A stretch of 64,000 nucleotides of DNA from an uncultured Armatimonadetes bacterium (GCA_963717145.1 OY970325.1:5302868-5366867), one strand, 5' to 3'; counted from the stretch's first letter, positions 39,001-48,893 are shown. Numbers and translations: made by a program. The notes: a model not told the origin generated them from the sequence alone.

Positions 39001-40305
39001 CTGTCCACATTCGGACTGGCCCATGACGTGGAGATCTCCGGTGACTACGCCTATGTTGCCAATGGCAGCGCGGGACTCCAGATTCTGAACATATCGAACC
39101 CGTCCGCGCCAGGTCTTGTCGGCTCATACAATACCCCAGGTACCGCTCGCGCCGTCCATGTGGTCGGGAACTATGCCTACGTGGCAGATGGCCTGTCGGG
39201 GCTGCAGATCATCAATGTCTCGAACAAGGCTGCTCCGGTGTGGGTCGGTGGGTGCAATACAAGTGGGGATGCCTGGGGGTTGGATGTTGCCAATGGTTAC
39301 GTCTATGTCGCAGACGGAAGCGGCGGCCTGCAGATCATAGACGCCTGGAACCCTGCAAATCCGTGGGTGGCCGGCCATTATTCCGTGTCGGACTGCAATT
39401 TCAGCGACGTGGCCATATCCGGCAACTGCGCGTATGTGACAGACGGCTCACTTCATCTCTTACAGGTTGTCAATATTGCCGTTGCTGCCAATCCTACACT
39501 TGTCGGCACGGGATACTTCGCGGGCAGTATCGGACCCGTGAAGGTGAGCATATCGGGGAACTACGCCTATGTGGGAGCCGGAAGCGGCGGGCTGATGGTG
39601 TATGATATCGCCACTCCAACTGACCCAGGCCTGGTAGCACAATACGGCGAATATCGCGCCAATGACATCGCAGTCGCCAACGGCTACGTCTATGTCGCAG
39701 ACTCCACCGGCAAGCTGATCATACTTGCTCCGAGCTACCTGAAAGTGAGCGGGATCGCGCCGCAATTGGCGGCGAACTCCGAGAACGCGCTCCTGGTCAA
39801 CCTGACCGGCCTTGGGTTCGAGACCGGAGACACGATCAGGCTGACTCGGGCCGGCCAGGCTGATATCCACGCAACTGAAGTGTCGGTAGTGGATGCCGCC
39901 AACGTCACGTGCAGGCTCAATCTCACCGGCGCGTCTCCCGGATTCTGGGATGTCGTCGTCACCGAGACCGGCGGCCCGTCGAGTTGCCTGTCGGGCGGCT
40001 TCGCTGTAGCCCTTGCTGACAGCACTCCATGCGTGGCCGTGGTCAACAGGAATGTCAGTGATGCGATCATGTCGACGGCATGCACCCAATGGCGGTTCAG
40101 GCTGATTGGAAAGGTGACACAGAAGACCTCGGACAGCTTCTGGATCAGCGACGGGTCCAGCGCCTCGGTCAAGGTCTACGCGCCGGATTACAGTCACACG
40201 CGGATCGCTACAGGCGACTGCGTGGCGGCCACGGGAACACTCGACCTATCAACAGGTGCGGCGGTCTTGATGAGCACGGACGCCCAGATCGACGAATTGC
40301 AGTAG
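36073..40305 (+). CDS. Secreted LVIVD-repeat protein with four carboxypeptidase-regulatory-like beta-sandwiches, an IPT-like domain and a C-terminal beta domain
   Basis: Signal peptide; many SG.YAYVAD..GL.VIDVSNP repeats; G.V.D..G.PISGA.V repeats. Confidence 0.88.
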   Translation: MQRWRFARAALVFAAIVVLGLGSAHAGISLEFVGQWGGPCNAAAVVGDRVYVGIGTSLVVLDVSNKTTPVELGKLLLASGITAIAVSGDLAYVTTSASELRVIDVSDPQHPTQVGQCSTIGRPSSLTVSGGYAYVATGATGLIVFDLSVPANPIQIGSYDTSGGASEVAISDHYAYVADGTSGLLVIDIADPANPLGVGGYDTSGYAQGVAVSGHYAYVADGDAGLRVIDVANPALPVQVGTRNTSGSAQRVAVSGSHAYVADWTAGLQVIDISNPAGPTRVGGYDTAGYANAAVVSGSYVFVVDEGPGLHIMDVSTPSSPTRVGGYDQGGYAYGLAVSGGYAYVGTRGLQVIDVSDPSDPVRSGHCEIDRTLDDIAISGRYVCAASAGLRVFDVLNPAAPSYEGDWITNATSTVAVSGSYAYCDNGNGVAQTMSISDPADPVLVASVSMGTAPLSRIILRGAYLYVANGTAGLKILNVADPNYPAVTGSYDTAGTASDVAVAGDYAYIADYDQGLVVINVNNPAAPVYTGGLAGLGTVSKIVACGNYAFLPSYTGGLQIVDVSNPASPSVVGSYAPSSVVKMAVDNNYLYSARSSEGLVIYRIDHTAWSGFAGRVTDNLGNPISGATVSTDSGGYSTISGLDGYYGMPSILPGRYHLTAFKSNLVPTTSNVAVADGQIETCDFVLQAGGTISGYVRDNLGDPVGGVSVAQYPYESLTDSTGWYALANVPEGTYNLTAGKNGWTSVTNDGVPVANDQTTTSNFTLQRGSIMGTVTNSTGGPISGVAVSTSTGGHTAITGGSGTYVIGDVLPGSHSLTASKEGWLPQTKSISVTGSQTTTSDFVLTAAGSISGSMTDSAGLPISGALLTTTYSHITYTATSDSAGHYRMSSMVAGANISLIVSKAGYAMVMKKVNVSSGLETFCNFRLADAMSLDLVSSTNISNSLTRIAVSDGTAAVQSGSGLQFLDVSNPASPVALSTFGLAHDVEISGDYAYVANGSAGLQILNISNPSAPGLVGSYNTPGTARAVHVVGNYAYVADGLSGLQIINVSNKAAPVWVGGCNTSGDAWGLDVANGYVYVADGSGGLQIIDAWNPANPWVAGHYSVSDCNFSDVAISGNCAYVTDGSLHLLQVVNIAVAANPTLVGTGYFAGSIGPVKVSISGNYAYVGAGSGGLMVYDIATPTDPGLVAQYGEYRANDIAVANGYVYVADSTGKLIILAPSYLKVSGIAPQLAANSENALLVNLTGLGFETGDTIRLTRAGQADIHATEVSVVDAANVTCRLNLTGASPGFWDVVVTETGGPSSCLSGGFAVALADSTPCVAVVNRNVSDAIMSTACTQWRFRLIGKVTQKTSDSFWISDGSSASVKVYAPDYSHTRIATGDCVAATGTLDLSTGAAVLMSTDAQIDELQ

Positions 40306-40311
40306 TTATCG

Positions 40312-41325
40312 ATGGATGACAAGATCATACTCCTGGCTCACGGCGCCGGTGGCCGGAAGAGCGCGGACCTGGTTCAGACAGTATTCCTGAAGTACTTCGG
40401 GAATCCGGCTCTGAACAGCCTCGGAGACTCCGCGGTGCTCGATGCCGGCGGGGGACAGCTCGCCTTCACGACCGATTCGTTTGTCGTCGAGCCGCTCTTC
40501 TTCCCAGGCGGTGACATCGGCAAGATCGCCGTGTGCGGATCCGTAAACGACCTCGCATCAGCCGGCGCACGTCCGATCGCCCTCAGTGCGGCTTTCATCC
40601 TCGAGGAAGGGCTCGAGATCGATTTGCTCGAACGCGTGTGTTCGACGATGCGCGATATGGCCACCGAAGTCGGCGTGCCGATCGTCGCCGGTGACACGAA
40701 GGTCGTGCCCAGGGGATTCGCCGATCGGATGTTCATCACTACCTCCGGGATCGGAGTGCTTCCCGCGGGGAAAGAGTCTCCCGCGCCCGACAGAGCCTGT
40801 CCGGACGATGTGGTGCTTCTCAGCGGGACGGTCGCCGATCACGGCATGGCGGTAATGACGTGCCGAGAGGGGATACGCTTCGAATCCGAGATCAGGAGCG
40901 ACTGCGCGCCGCTCTACTCCATGGTGGCTTCCGTCCTGGAGGCTGCTCCGAACACGCACTGCCTGCGCGACCCGACGCGTGGCGGACTGGCCGCCGTGCT
41001 GAACGAGTTGGCATCGCAGTCGGGCGCCACTATAGAGATCGAGGAATCGAGCGTTCCGGTGAATGAGAACGTGCGGGTTGCATGTGAACTCCTCGGAATC
41101 GACCCGCTTCACGTCGCGAACGAGGGCAAGATGGTGGTGATCGTCCCGGCGGACGAAGCCGATGCGGCGCTCGATGCCATGCGTCGGGATCGGTACGGGG
41201 AACGCGCGGCGATTATCGGGTGTGTGCAGTCAGGCCACGCAGGTCGGGTGCATCTTCGCACGCCGATGGGAAGCCTGCGGATCCTCGACATGCCCGCGGG
41301 CGACCTCCTTCCGAGGATATGCTGA
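40312..41325 (+). CDS. hypE: Hydrogenase maturation protein HypE
   Basis: LAHGAGG, FTTDSFVV, GDTKVV, RDPTRGG, ANEGK, C-terminal PRIC. Confidence 0.96.
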   Translation: MDDKIILLAHGAGGRKSADLVQTVFLKYFGNPALNSLGDSAVLDAGGGQLAFTTDSFVVEPLFFPGGDIGKIAVCGSVNDLASAGARPIALSAAFILEEGLEIDLLERVCSTMRDMATEVGVPIVAGDTKVVPRGFADRMFITTSGIGVLPAGKESPAPDRACPDDVVLLSGTVADHGMAVMTCREGIRFESEIRSDCAPLYSMVASVLEAAPNTHCLRDPTRGGLAAVLNELASQSGATIEIEESSVPVNENVRVACELLGIDPLHVANEGKMVVIVPADEADAALDAMRRDRYGERAAIIGCVQSGHAGRVHLRTPMGSLRILDMPAGDLLPRIC

Positions 41326-41332
41326 GGACTGT

Positions 41333-41502
41333 CCTGTAGGGGCGTGCCTTGTGCCCGCCCGACACCTGCCGAGGATTTGCCGGGAGTTTCCTGTAGGGGC
41401 GTGCCTTGTGCCGCCCGACAGGTGGTCGCACGGCGGCACAAGGCACGCCCCTACAGGTTGTGAGAGAACGATGACATGTCGGCCGGCACAGAGGCACGGC
41501 CC

Positions 41503-41509
<7 letters not shown>
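41333..41509. repeat. Cluster of four family C GTAG-REPs between convergent hypE and hypD
   Basis: CCTGTAGGGGCGTGCCTTGTGCC x2 and inverted GGCACAAGGCACGCCCCTACAGG x2. Confidence 0.9.
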
Positions 41510-42574
<1,065 letters not shown>

Positions 42575-42588
<14 letters not shown>

Positions 42589-42796
42589 CGCTGATCATCC
42601 TTATCAGCCGCAGGGTCTCCTCGGCGTCGTCAGGGCGCACGCGCTCGATGGCGATCCCGGCGTGGATCAGCACGTACTCGCCGAGCTGCACTTCATCGAG
42701 GAAGTCGATTCTGACCCGCCGGGTCACGCCTTCCTGCTCGACGACGGCTGTGACGCCGTCGATCTCGATCACCTTCATCGGTATCGCTAAGCACAT
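42575..42796 (-). CDS. hypC: Hydrogenase chaperone HypC
   Basis: MCLAIP, YVLIHAG. Confidence 0.96.
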
Positions 42797-45063
42797 CAGC
42801 CTTTGACCCTCCTGGCTGCGATGACTGCCTGGCCGAGCGAGACTCCGCCGTCATTCGTCGGGACCAGGCTGTGTCGGAACACTTCGAGACCTCGACCCCT
42901 CAGCTTCTCGATGACCATGCTGAGGAGCAGCACATTCTGGAAGACACCTCCGCTGAGCGCGACCCTGCTCAACCCTGTGTTGGCGGCTATCCGCGAGCAG
43001 ACATCGGTTACGGCCTGTGCGACGGTCGAATGGAACCGGCTCGATATGATGCCGACTCCCTCGCCTGAGCGGATATCGCCGACGATATCACGGATCGTTG
43101 GACGCATATCTATCTCCATCTCGCCCAGTGAGCCGTGGATGATCTCGTAGTTGTAGGACTGTTCGGTCGGACCGGCGGAGATGCCTTCCAACTCGATCGC
43201 CGCCTGGCCCTCGTAGGTCACATCCGGGCATATCCCCAGGAGCGCCGAGACCGCATCGAAAAGCCGGCCCGCGCTCGAAGTAAGCGGTGCATTCAGGCCG
43301 CGCTCGATCTGTGCCCGGACGGCGTATTCCTCTTCCGGCGAGAGCCCCGGTACCAAGCCGGATTCGAGTGAGTCCCCGAACGCCTGGAGCAGATACGAGA
43401 GGGCCATCCTGCCCGGTCGCTTGATCGCCGCCTCACCGCCGGGGATCGGCACGTACGAGAGATGGGCCGCCCGCTGGAAGCCCTCGTAGTCGGCGACCAT
43501 GAACTCCCCGCCCCAGATGCATCCGTCCGTCCCATAGCCCGTTCCGTCGAGCGCGACCCCGATCACCTCGCCGTCGAGCTTGTTCTCGGCCATGCAGCTC
43601 GCGATGTGAGCGTGGTGATGCTGGACCGGGATCACCTGTGGCGAGCCAAGCGATTGGGCGAATCGAGTCGAGCGGTAGTCCGGGTGCATGTCGTGCGCAA
43701 CGATCTCGGGCCGCACGTCGAAGAACCGCTGGAAGTGCTCAGAGACTTGCTGGTAATGCTCCAGGGTCGGCGCGTTGTCGAGGTCGCCGAGGTGCTGGCT
43801 GATGAGCGCGAGCTTACCCTTCGTCAGGCAGAACGTGCTCTTCAAGTCTGCCCCGCACGCCAGGATCTGCGGCAATGTCATGCCGACATCAATTGGCCTG
43901 GGGACGTATCCCCTCGCGCGCCGGATGATCATCGGGACGCCCTCGTGCACTCGCGTCACTGAGTCGTCGCACGCCATGTGGATCGGACGGTTGTGGGTCA
44001 GCATGTGATCGGCGATGTTCCCGAGCTTCTCGAACGCCTCTTCGTCCAGATGGACGATCGGCTCTTCGCTCAGATTGCCGCTCGTCATCACGAGCGACTT
44101 TGGGCTCTCCGCGAGGAGCAGTTGGTGCAGAGGCGTATACGGCAGCATCACCCCCAGCGAGTTGATTCCGAGAGCGACAAGCGGCGAGATGCCGCTGTTG
44201 GGTCTTGCCTGCATCAGCACTATTGGCCTCTCGGGTGACAGGAGCAGCTTCTCGGATTCTGGATCGACTTGGCAGATCCGCCTGACTTCCTCGATATCGG
44301 CGCACATCAGCGCGAATGGCTTGCCACCGCGACCCTTGCGCTCCCTGAGCGTGCGGACAGCCTCGTCATTCCGAGCATCGCACGCGAGGTGGAATCCTCC
44401 GAGCCCCTTGATCGCCAGAACCTTGCCCTCGTGGAGCAGCCTGGCAGTCGTAGTGATGATCTCCGAATCATCAGCATCTCGGCCGTCAAGACTCAGATGT
44501 GGGCCGCATACCGGGCAGGCGTTCGGCTGGGCATGGAATCGTCGGTCGCCGGGATCCTCGTACTCCCTCCGACATTCGGGGCACATGTCGAAACTGGCCA
44601 TCGTGGTCTGCGGGCGGTCATACGGGATGCCGCGGATGATCGTGAACCTCGGTCCGCAGTTGGTGCAATTGGTGAACGGATATCGGTGACGCCGGTTGTC
44701 CGGAGTCGAGGTATCCGCGATGCAGTCGGGACAGGTGGCGATATCGGGCGGGATCGTCGTCTGGGTTCCGGTCCCGTTCCGGCTCCCAAGGATGCGGAAG
44801 TCGTCGTAGCCGGTGGGATCGAGGGTTTCGGTCAGCACCTCCGAAACGAGCGCGAGACTCGGGGCCTCTGCACTGATCGCCCGAACGAAACGGTCCAGTT
44901 CTCCTTCATCGCCCTCAGCCTCGATGAGCACACCGTCGCCGGTGTTGCAGACCCATCCGGTGACCCCGCATCTCTTCGCGAGTTGGTATATGAACGGCCG
45001 GAAGCCGACGCCCTGGACGATTCCACTGACTTGAATCTTCAGCCGACAAATCGTACTAGCCAT
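42796..45063 (-). CDS. hypF: Carbamoyltransferase HypF
   Basis: GIVQGVGFRP, zinc fingers CTNCGPR/CPVCGP, KGLGGFHL, QHHHAH, DGTGYG, NDGG.SLGQ. Confidence 0.97.
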   Translation of the reverse strand: MASTICRLKIQVSGIVQGVGFRPFIYQLAKRCGVTGWVCNTGDGVLIEAEGDEGELDRFVRAISAEAPSLALVSEVLTETLDPTGYDDFRILGSRNGTGTQTTIPPDIATCPDCIADTSTPDNRRHRYPFTNCTNCGPRFTIIRGIPYDRPQTTMASFDMCPECRREYEDPGDRRFHAQPNACPVCGPHLSLDGRDADDSEIITTTARLLHEGKVLAIKGLGGFHLACDARNDEAVRTLRERKGRGGKPFALMCADIEEVRRICQVDPESEKLLLSPERPIVLMQARPNSGISPLVALGINSLGVMLPYTPLHQLLLAESPKSLVMTSGNLSEEPIVHLDEEAFEKLGNIADHMLTHNRPIHMACDDSVTRVHEGVPMIIRRARGYVPRPIDVGMTLPQILACGADLKSTFCLTKGKLALISQHLGDLDNAPTLEHYQQVSEHFQRFFDVRPEIVAHDMHPDYRSTRFAQSLGSPQVIPVQHHHAHIASCMAENKLDGEVIGVALDGTGYGTDGCIWGGEFMVADYEGFQRAAHLSYVPIPGGEAAIKRPGRMALSYLLQAFGDSLESGLVPGLSPEEEYAVRAQIERGLNAPLTSSAGRLFDAVSALLGICPDVTYEGQAAIELEGISAGPTEQSYNYEIIHGSLGEMEIDMRPTIRDIVGDIRSGEGVGIISSRFHSTVAQAVTDVCSRIAANTGLSRVALSGGVFQNVLLLSMVIEKLRGRGLEVFRHSLVPTNDGGVSLGQAVIAARRVKG

Positions 45064-45140
45064 CTGTCACACTCACTCTGCGCTGGGACCACAGGTACCA
45101 CGCAGTTTACAGCCTCAGAGCGCAATCGTCAATCGACTGC

Positions 45141-45674
45141 CTATGTCCGGGGACGCCTGCGAATCTCGGCAAGCAGTCCGGCGCACACTGAGCGGTCCGC
45201 ATCAGGCTGTCCCTGCCAGAGAGCGACGATTTCGTGCGCCGATCTCAGGACCTGCGGGAGCGAAGCCTCTACAGCGGGCGACAGTTCCAGTCCGAAGTCG
45301 ATTACCTCGGGCTCGACGCCGAGCATCACGATCTCGGGCTCATGTGCGGTCGGCAGGAGGCGCAGGGCGGCTACCAGACTCAGCTCATGAAGCGAGGCTT
45401 GACATCCGGTGTCCTCCACGTCTCCGACACCGAATGCGTAGACCGTACCAGGCTCCCCGCCGGCCTGCATGGCGTCGATCGCGAGGATCTTGTCCGCCCA
45501 TTCGAACAGATGGAGCCCGTCGAGCACGGCGGTTCCGACATCCGCTACTATGACGTCCGAGGCCGGGGTCTTCCGCAGTTCGTTCACCGCATGGACCCCG
45601 ACCCCGTCGTCCTTGAGCAGCAGATTGCCCAGACCCGCGATCAATATCCTGAGCTCTCTACCGTTTTCTGTCAT
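45141..45674 (-). CDS. Hydrogenase maturation protease (HyaD/HybD family)
   Basis: GLGNLLLKDDGVG, IDA, SLHE, GVEP. Confidence 0.93.
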   Translation of the reverse strand: MTENGRELRILIAGLGNLLLKDDGVGVHAVNELRKTPASDVIVADVGTAVLDGLHLFEWADKILAIDAMQAGGEPGTVYAFGVGDVEDTGCQASLHELSLVAALRLLPTAHEPEIVMLGVEPEVIDFGLELSPAVEASLPQVLRSAHEIVALWQGQPDADRSVCAGLLAEIRRRPRT

Positions 45675-47182
45675 CTCGCCTGTTCTGAGTTGTCATGGGC
45701 ATGGACGTGTCCATCACCATGATCGTGGGTGTAGACCTCTTCCTCGCCATGGTAGTGACCGATGGTGAAGATCTTGGCCTCCTCCGACGGTCTCGCAACG
45801 TGCACCGCGCACGATAGACACGGGTCGAAGGAGTGGATCACCCGCAGGACCTCGATGGGCTCATCCACATTCGCGACAGGCGTCCCGATCAGCGACTGCT
45901 CGATCGGGCCTCGATTGCCGGCGCCGTCTCTCGGCGATGCGTTCCAGCAGGTCGGTGTTACGACCTGGTAGCGTGACAGCCTTCCGCCGGCTATCTGCAG
46001 CCAGTGACCGATGGCGCCGCGCGGGGCTTCCGTGAGTCCGTAGGCGGTTGCGGTCGAGGGAACTGAACTCGGCGTAAAGTACGCGCCATTGGTGGTGAGC
46101 TGTCCCACCCAGGTCTGGAGTGCCTGAGCGACCTTCAGCGCCTCGTAGGCCCTCGCCAGGTGCCTGTCCATGACGGATATGCCGCGCCGGTAATCACCGT
46201 TTACCCACATTCGAGCCAGTGCGCCGACCTCGTAGGGCTGACCGGAGTACCGCGGGGCCTTCAGCCAGGAGTAGGCCGCGCCCTTCGGGTACTGGGGCGT
46301 CGTCTGGCCGGCGGACGGTCTCAGGTTGTTCGTGCCGTTGGCGTACCATGAGTAGGTCACCTGCTCGGTGATCGCATTCACGTCGACGGTCTGTACCGAA
46401 GTCGAGCCGTTTGTGACCCGGCCACGGCGCAGGAGCTTATTTGTGCCTGCGGAATCGAGGTCGAATACCCCGTATGCCAGCAGGTTGCCCGTGCCTCTGC
46501 CTATGCTTCGGTAGTCGCTGTACGTTGCCGCCAGCGCCTCAGCATCCGGGATGTAGACGCTGTTGATGAAGCCGATCAACTCCGCGATGTATGTCTTGAA
46601 CTTCGCGATCCGATCGGCTCTCGGCGTCGTGGTGAACCCGCCAGGAATGTACGTCGGCGGATCAGGCAGGCGACCTCCGAAGAGCGCGCCCATCTCGTGT
46701 GCCTTCCTGCGCATGCCGAGCGCCGCCACATAGTGATCGACCAGGACATCAGTCGTGTTCTGATCGAAGCGCTTGTCGACGCTCCAACTCGGCTGCCAGG
46801 GGGGCATGTTCGGCCCATCCACAAAGTCCTGGACGGAGAGGTGATAGAAGTGCAGGATGTGCGACTGGACGTAATTCGCGCCCAGTACAAGATTACGCAT
46901 GATCCGTGCGTTTGTCGGGGGGGTCACTCCCGCGGCACTGTCGAGAGCCAGCACCGACGCCAGTCCATGAGACACCGGGCAGACCCCGCATATCCTTTGG
47001 GTTATGTGCTGAGCATCCCATGGGTGACGGTTGACGAGAATGCTCTCGAAGCCACGGAACAGCGTGCCTGTGGCCCATGCATCCACGACCTGCTGTGCAC
47101 GGTTGACGGTGTCCACCTTGACCTGGATCTTGAGATGGCCTTCCAGTCTGGTTACTGGATCGATCGCTGTGATAACTGCCAT
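45671..47182 (-). CDS. [NiFe]-hydrogenase large subunit (group 1a-like) with a His-rich C-terminal extension
   Basis: DPVTRLEGH, L1 TQRICGVCPVSH, EAPRG, L2 SFDPCLSCAVH. Confidence 0.95.
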   Translation of the reverse strand: MAVITAIDPVTRLEGHLKIQVKVDTVNRAQQVVDAWATGTLFRGFESILVNRHPWDAQHITQRICGVCPVSHGLASVLALDSAAGVTPPTNARIMRNLVLGANYVQSHILHFYHLSVQDFVDGPNMPPWQPSWSVDKRFDQNTTDVLVDHYVAALGMRRKAHEMGALFGGRLPDPPTYIPGGFTTTPRADRIAKFKTYIAELIGFINSVYIPDAEALAATYSDYRSIGRGTGNLLAYGVFDLDSAGTNKLLRRGRVTNGSTSVQTVDVNAITEQVTYSWYANGTNNLRPSAGQTTPQYPKGAAYSWLKAPRYSGQPYEVGALARMWVNGDYRRGISVMDRHLARAYEALKVAQALQTWVGQLTTNGAYFTPSSVPSTATAYGLTEAPRGAIGHWLQIAGGRLSRYQVVTPTCWNASPRDGAGNRGPIEQSLIGTPVANVDEPIEVLRVIHSFDPCLSCAVHVARPSEEAKIFTIGHYHGEEEVYTHDHGDGHVHAHDNSEQAR

Positions 47183-47203
47183 TGAACTTCCTCCTTACTG
47201 GCC

Positions 47204-48262
47204 TCAGTCGTCGCCCCGCCGTCGTCGACGGCGACGATCGTCATCGTCCCTGTCACCGCGGTCGCGACCGCCGCGGCCATCATTGTCGCCGCCATCATCG
47301 CCGCCGCCGTCATTGCCACCGCCGCCACCGTCGCCGCCGCCTCCCCCACCGTCGTCTCCTCCTCCGAACGCTTCTCCGCTGTAGAAGGCCGAGGCGCTGG
47401 GGAAGGTCGGTTCGGTACATCCGATGCAGGGCGCATTGGCGTCAATGCACCAGTTCGTGCGATTGTTCCAGAGATCTACCGGGCAGTTCGCTCTGGTTTG
47501 TGGTCCACGGCAGCCGAGTTCCCTCAGACAGCCTCCGTCGGTTCCGAAGCTGCCATCGTCGTCGTCACTGTCTCTGCGTGGACAGCGGTCGTGAACCGTG
47601 CGGCTGTAGAGCGCGGTTGGACGCCCGGAAGAGTCGAGCGCGATGGAGTTGCCCAACAAGGCCTGGACAATCGGCCAGATGATCCAGTCGGGGTGTGGGG
47701 GGCAGCCGGCGATGTTGATGGTGGTCTTGCCGGTAGCGGCCTTGACACCCTTGATCGCAGTCGGGTTCGGGGGAGCAGCAGGGACGCCTCCCCAAGATGC
47801 GCACGTTCCGGCGCAGATGATCTTTGATGCCCTCGATGCGAGGTCTGTCACTGCTTCCTGGAATGTCACATCCACGCCATTGAATGTCCATGCCCAACAG
47901 GCCGCTCCGTTGAACGCGGTCGGTACGCCGCCCTCGACGACCAGGATGTAGCCACCCTCCTGATATGCCTGCTCGGCGACCTCGGCGGCGGATTGCCCGG
48001 CGACCGACATCACGTTCGTGTGGTAGGCGAGGTTGATCGAGTTGATCAACACATCGGCCGCACTGGTCGGTGCGGCAGCGGAGATCCGGTTCAGGAATGA
48101 CACGGAACATCCGGTGCATGCGCTGCCCTGCAGCCAGATCACTTTCGGGCCATTCGGATTAGCAAGCGCCTCCTCGAGCCTTCCTAACTCGGTGGCGCTG
48201 ATTCCAAGTGCTGCGGCTGAGATCCCGCAGTACTTCAGGAAATCTCGGCGTGATACCCTCAT
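47204..48262 (-). CDS. [NiFe]-hydrogenase small subunit with Tat signal and low-complexity tail
   Basis: SRRDFLK, CTGC, GTCA.WGG, GCPP, H..C..CL..LGC, C...WN....WC.....PCIGC. Confidence 0.95.
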   Translation of the reverse strand: MRVSRRDFLKYCGISAAALGISATELGRLEEALANPNGPKVIWLQGSACTGCSVSFLNRISAAAPTSAADVLINSINLAYHTNVMSVAGQSAAEVAEQAYQEGGYILVVEGGVPTAFNGAACWAWTFNGVDVTFQEAVTDLASRASKIICAGTCASWGGVPAAPPNPTAIKGVKAATGKTTINIAGCPPHPDWIIWPIVQALLGNSIALDSSGRPTALYSRTVHDRCPRRDSDDDDGSFGTDGGCLRELGCRGPQTRANCPVDLWNNRTNWCIDANAPCIGCTEPTFPSASAFYSGEAFGGGDDGGGGGGDGGGGGNDGGGDDGGDNDGRGGRDRGDRDDDDRRRRRRRGDD

Positions 48263-48265
48263 TCT

Positions 48266-48469
48266 CTAGTCCTCCTTGGTATCAGTTTCCGGGAGCGCGT
48301 TCGCCCCCGTGTCATCGCGGCGTGCCGGAAAGCATCCCGCACGCTTGACAGGGGCATCCTCGTCCTTGTCCTTCAGGAGTCCGGCGAGTCCCGAGCCGAT
48401 GCCCAGCATCGCCGGCAGTGACTTCGCCAGACTCCTGAAACTCTGCTCCAACATCTCTCGTCTCTCCAT
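48266..48469 (-). CDS. Small hypothetical protein leading the hydrogenase operon
   Basis: 67 aa, AAAGGA RBS, ends 3 nt before the small-subunit start; MERREML plus a hydrophobic stretch. Confidence 0.55.
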   Translation of the reverse strand: MERREMLEQSFRSLAKSLPAMLGIGSGLAGLLKDKDEDAPVKRAGCFPARRDDTGANALPETDTKED

Positions 48470-48737
48470 AGGCCGTCTTCCTTTCTGTGGTGCCCTTGGG
48501 AGTTCCACCTGAACTAGCTCGACACAAGCTGCCCTATCGAGTTAGATTCCCTGTAGCAACGATTTTGTTCCAAAAATCACGAATATGTTTCGTGTTTGTT
48601 TGGGAAGTGATCAATATCTGGGCAATGGGTCGTTCGGAAGGACACTCCTGTCGCCGCACGACACCGGCGCACATACTCGATTGGGGCGTAACTACTGGGG
48701 GGACGTACTACACCAACGAGTTACAGGTGGTAAGGGT

Positions 48738-48766
48738 AGATTAACACCAAAAACTCGAAGCGTCAA
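48738..48766 (-). promoter_or_regulatory. Sigma70-type promoter candidate for the hydrogenase operon
   Basis: TTGACG-N17-TAATCT on the minus strand in an AT-rich intergenic region. Confidence 0.5.
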
Positions 48767-48843
48767 TACAGTATTTATACCAGGTTTTGCAGGCGACCTC
48801 GAACCTGGCGACTGTGAACCAACAGGTGGGCAATCCATTCCTG

Positions 48844-48893
48844 GCTATGTACCCCTCCACCTTCTAAGCCAGAGGGAAGGAGGGGTACATAGC
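48844..48893 (-). terminator. Hairpin after the DUF1080 gene
   Basis: Perfect 15-bp IR GCTATGTACCCCTCC/GGAGGGGTACATAGC; no clear T-run. Confidence 0.5.

Noticed and set aside
35681..40305. Integrative element at tRNA-Gln
   Set aside because: No integrase and no duplicated tRNA 3' end seen in the window
45780..45830. [NiFeSe] hydrogenase
   Set aside because: The L2 motif is DPCLSC with a Cys codon, not TGA
48550..48580. Sigma54 promoter for the hydrogenase
   Set aside because: GG-to-GC spacing is 12 nt, not the required 10
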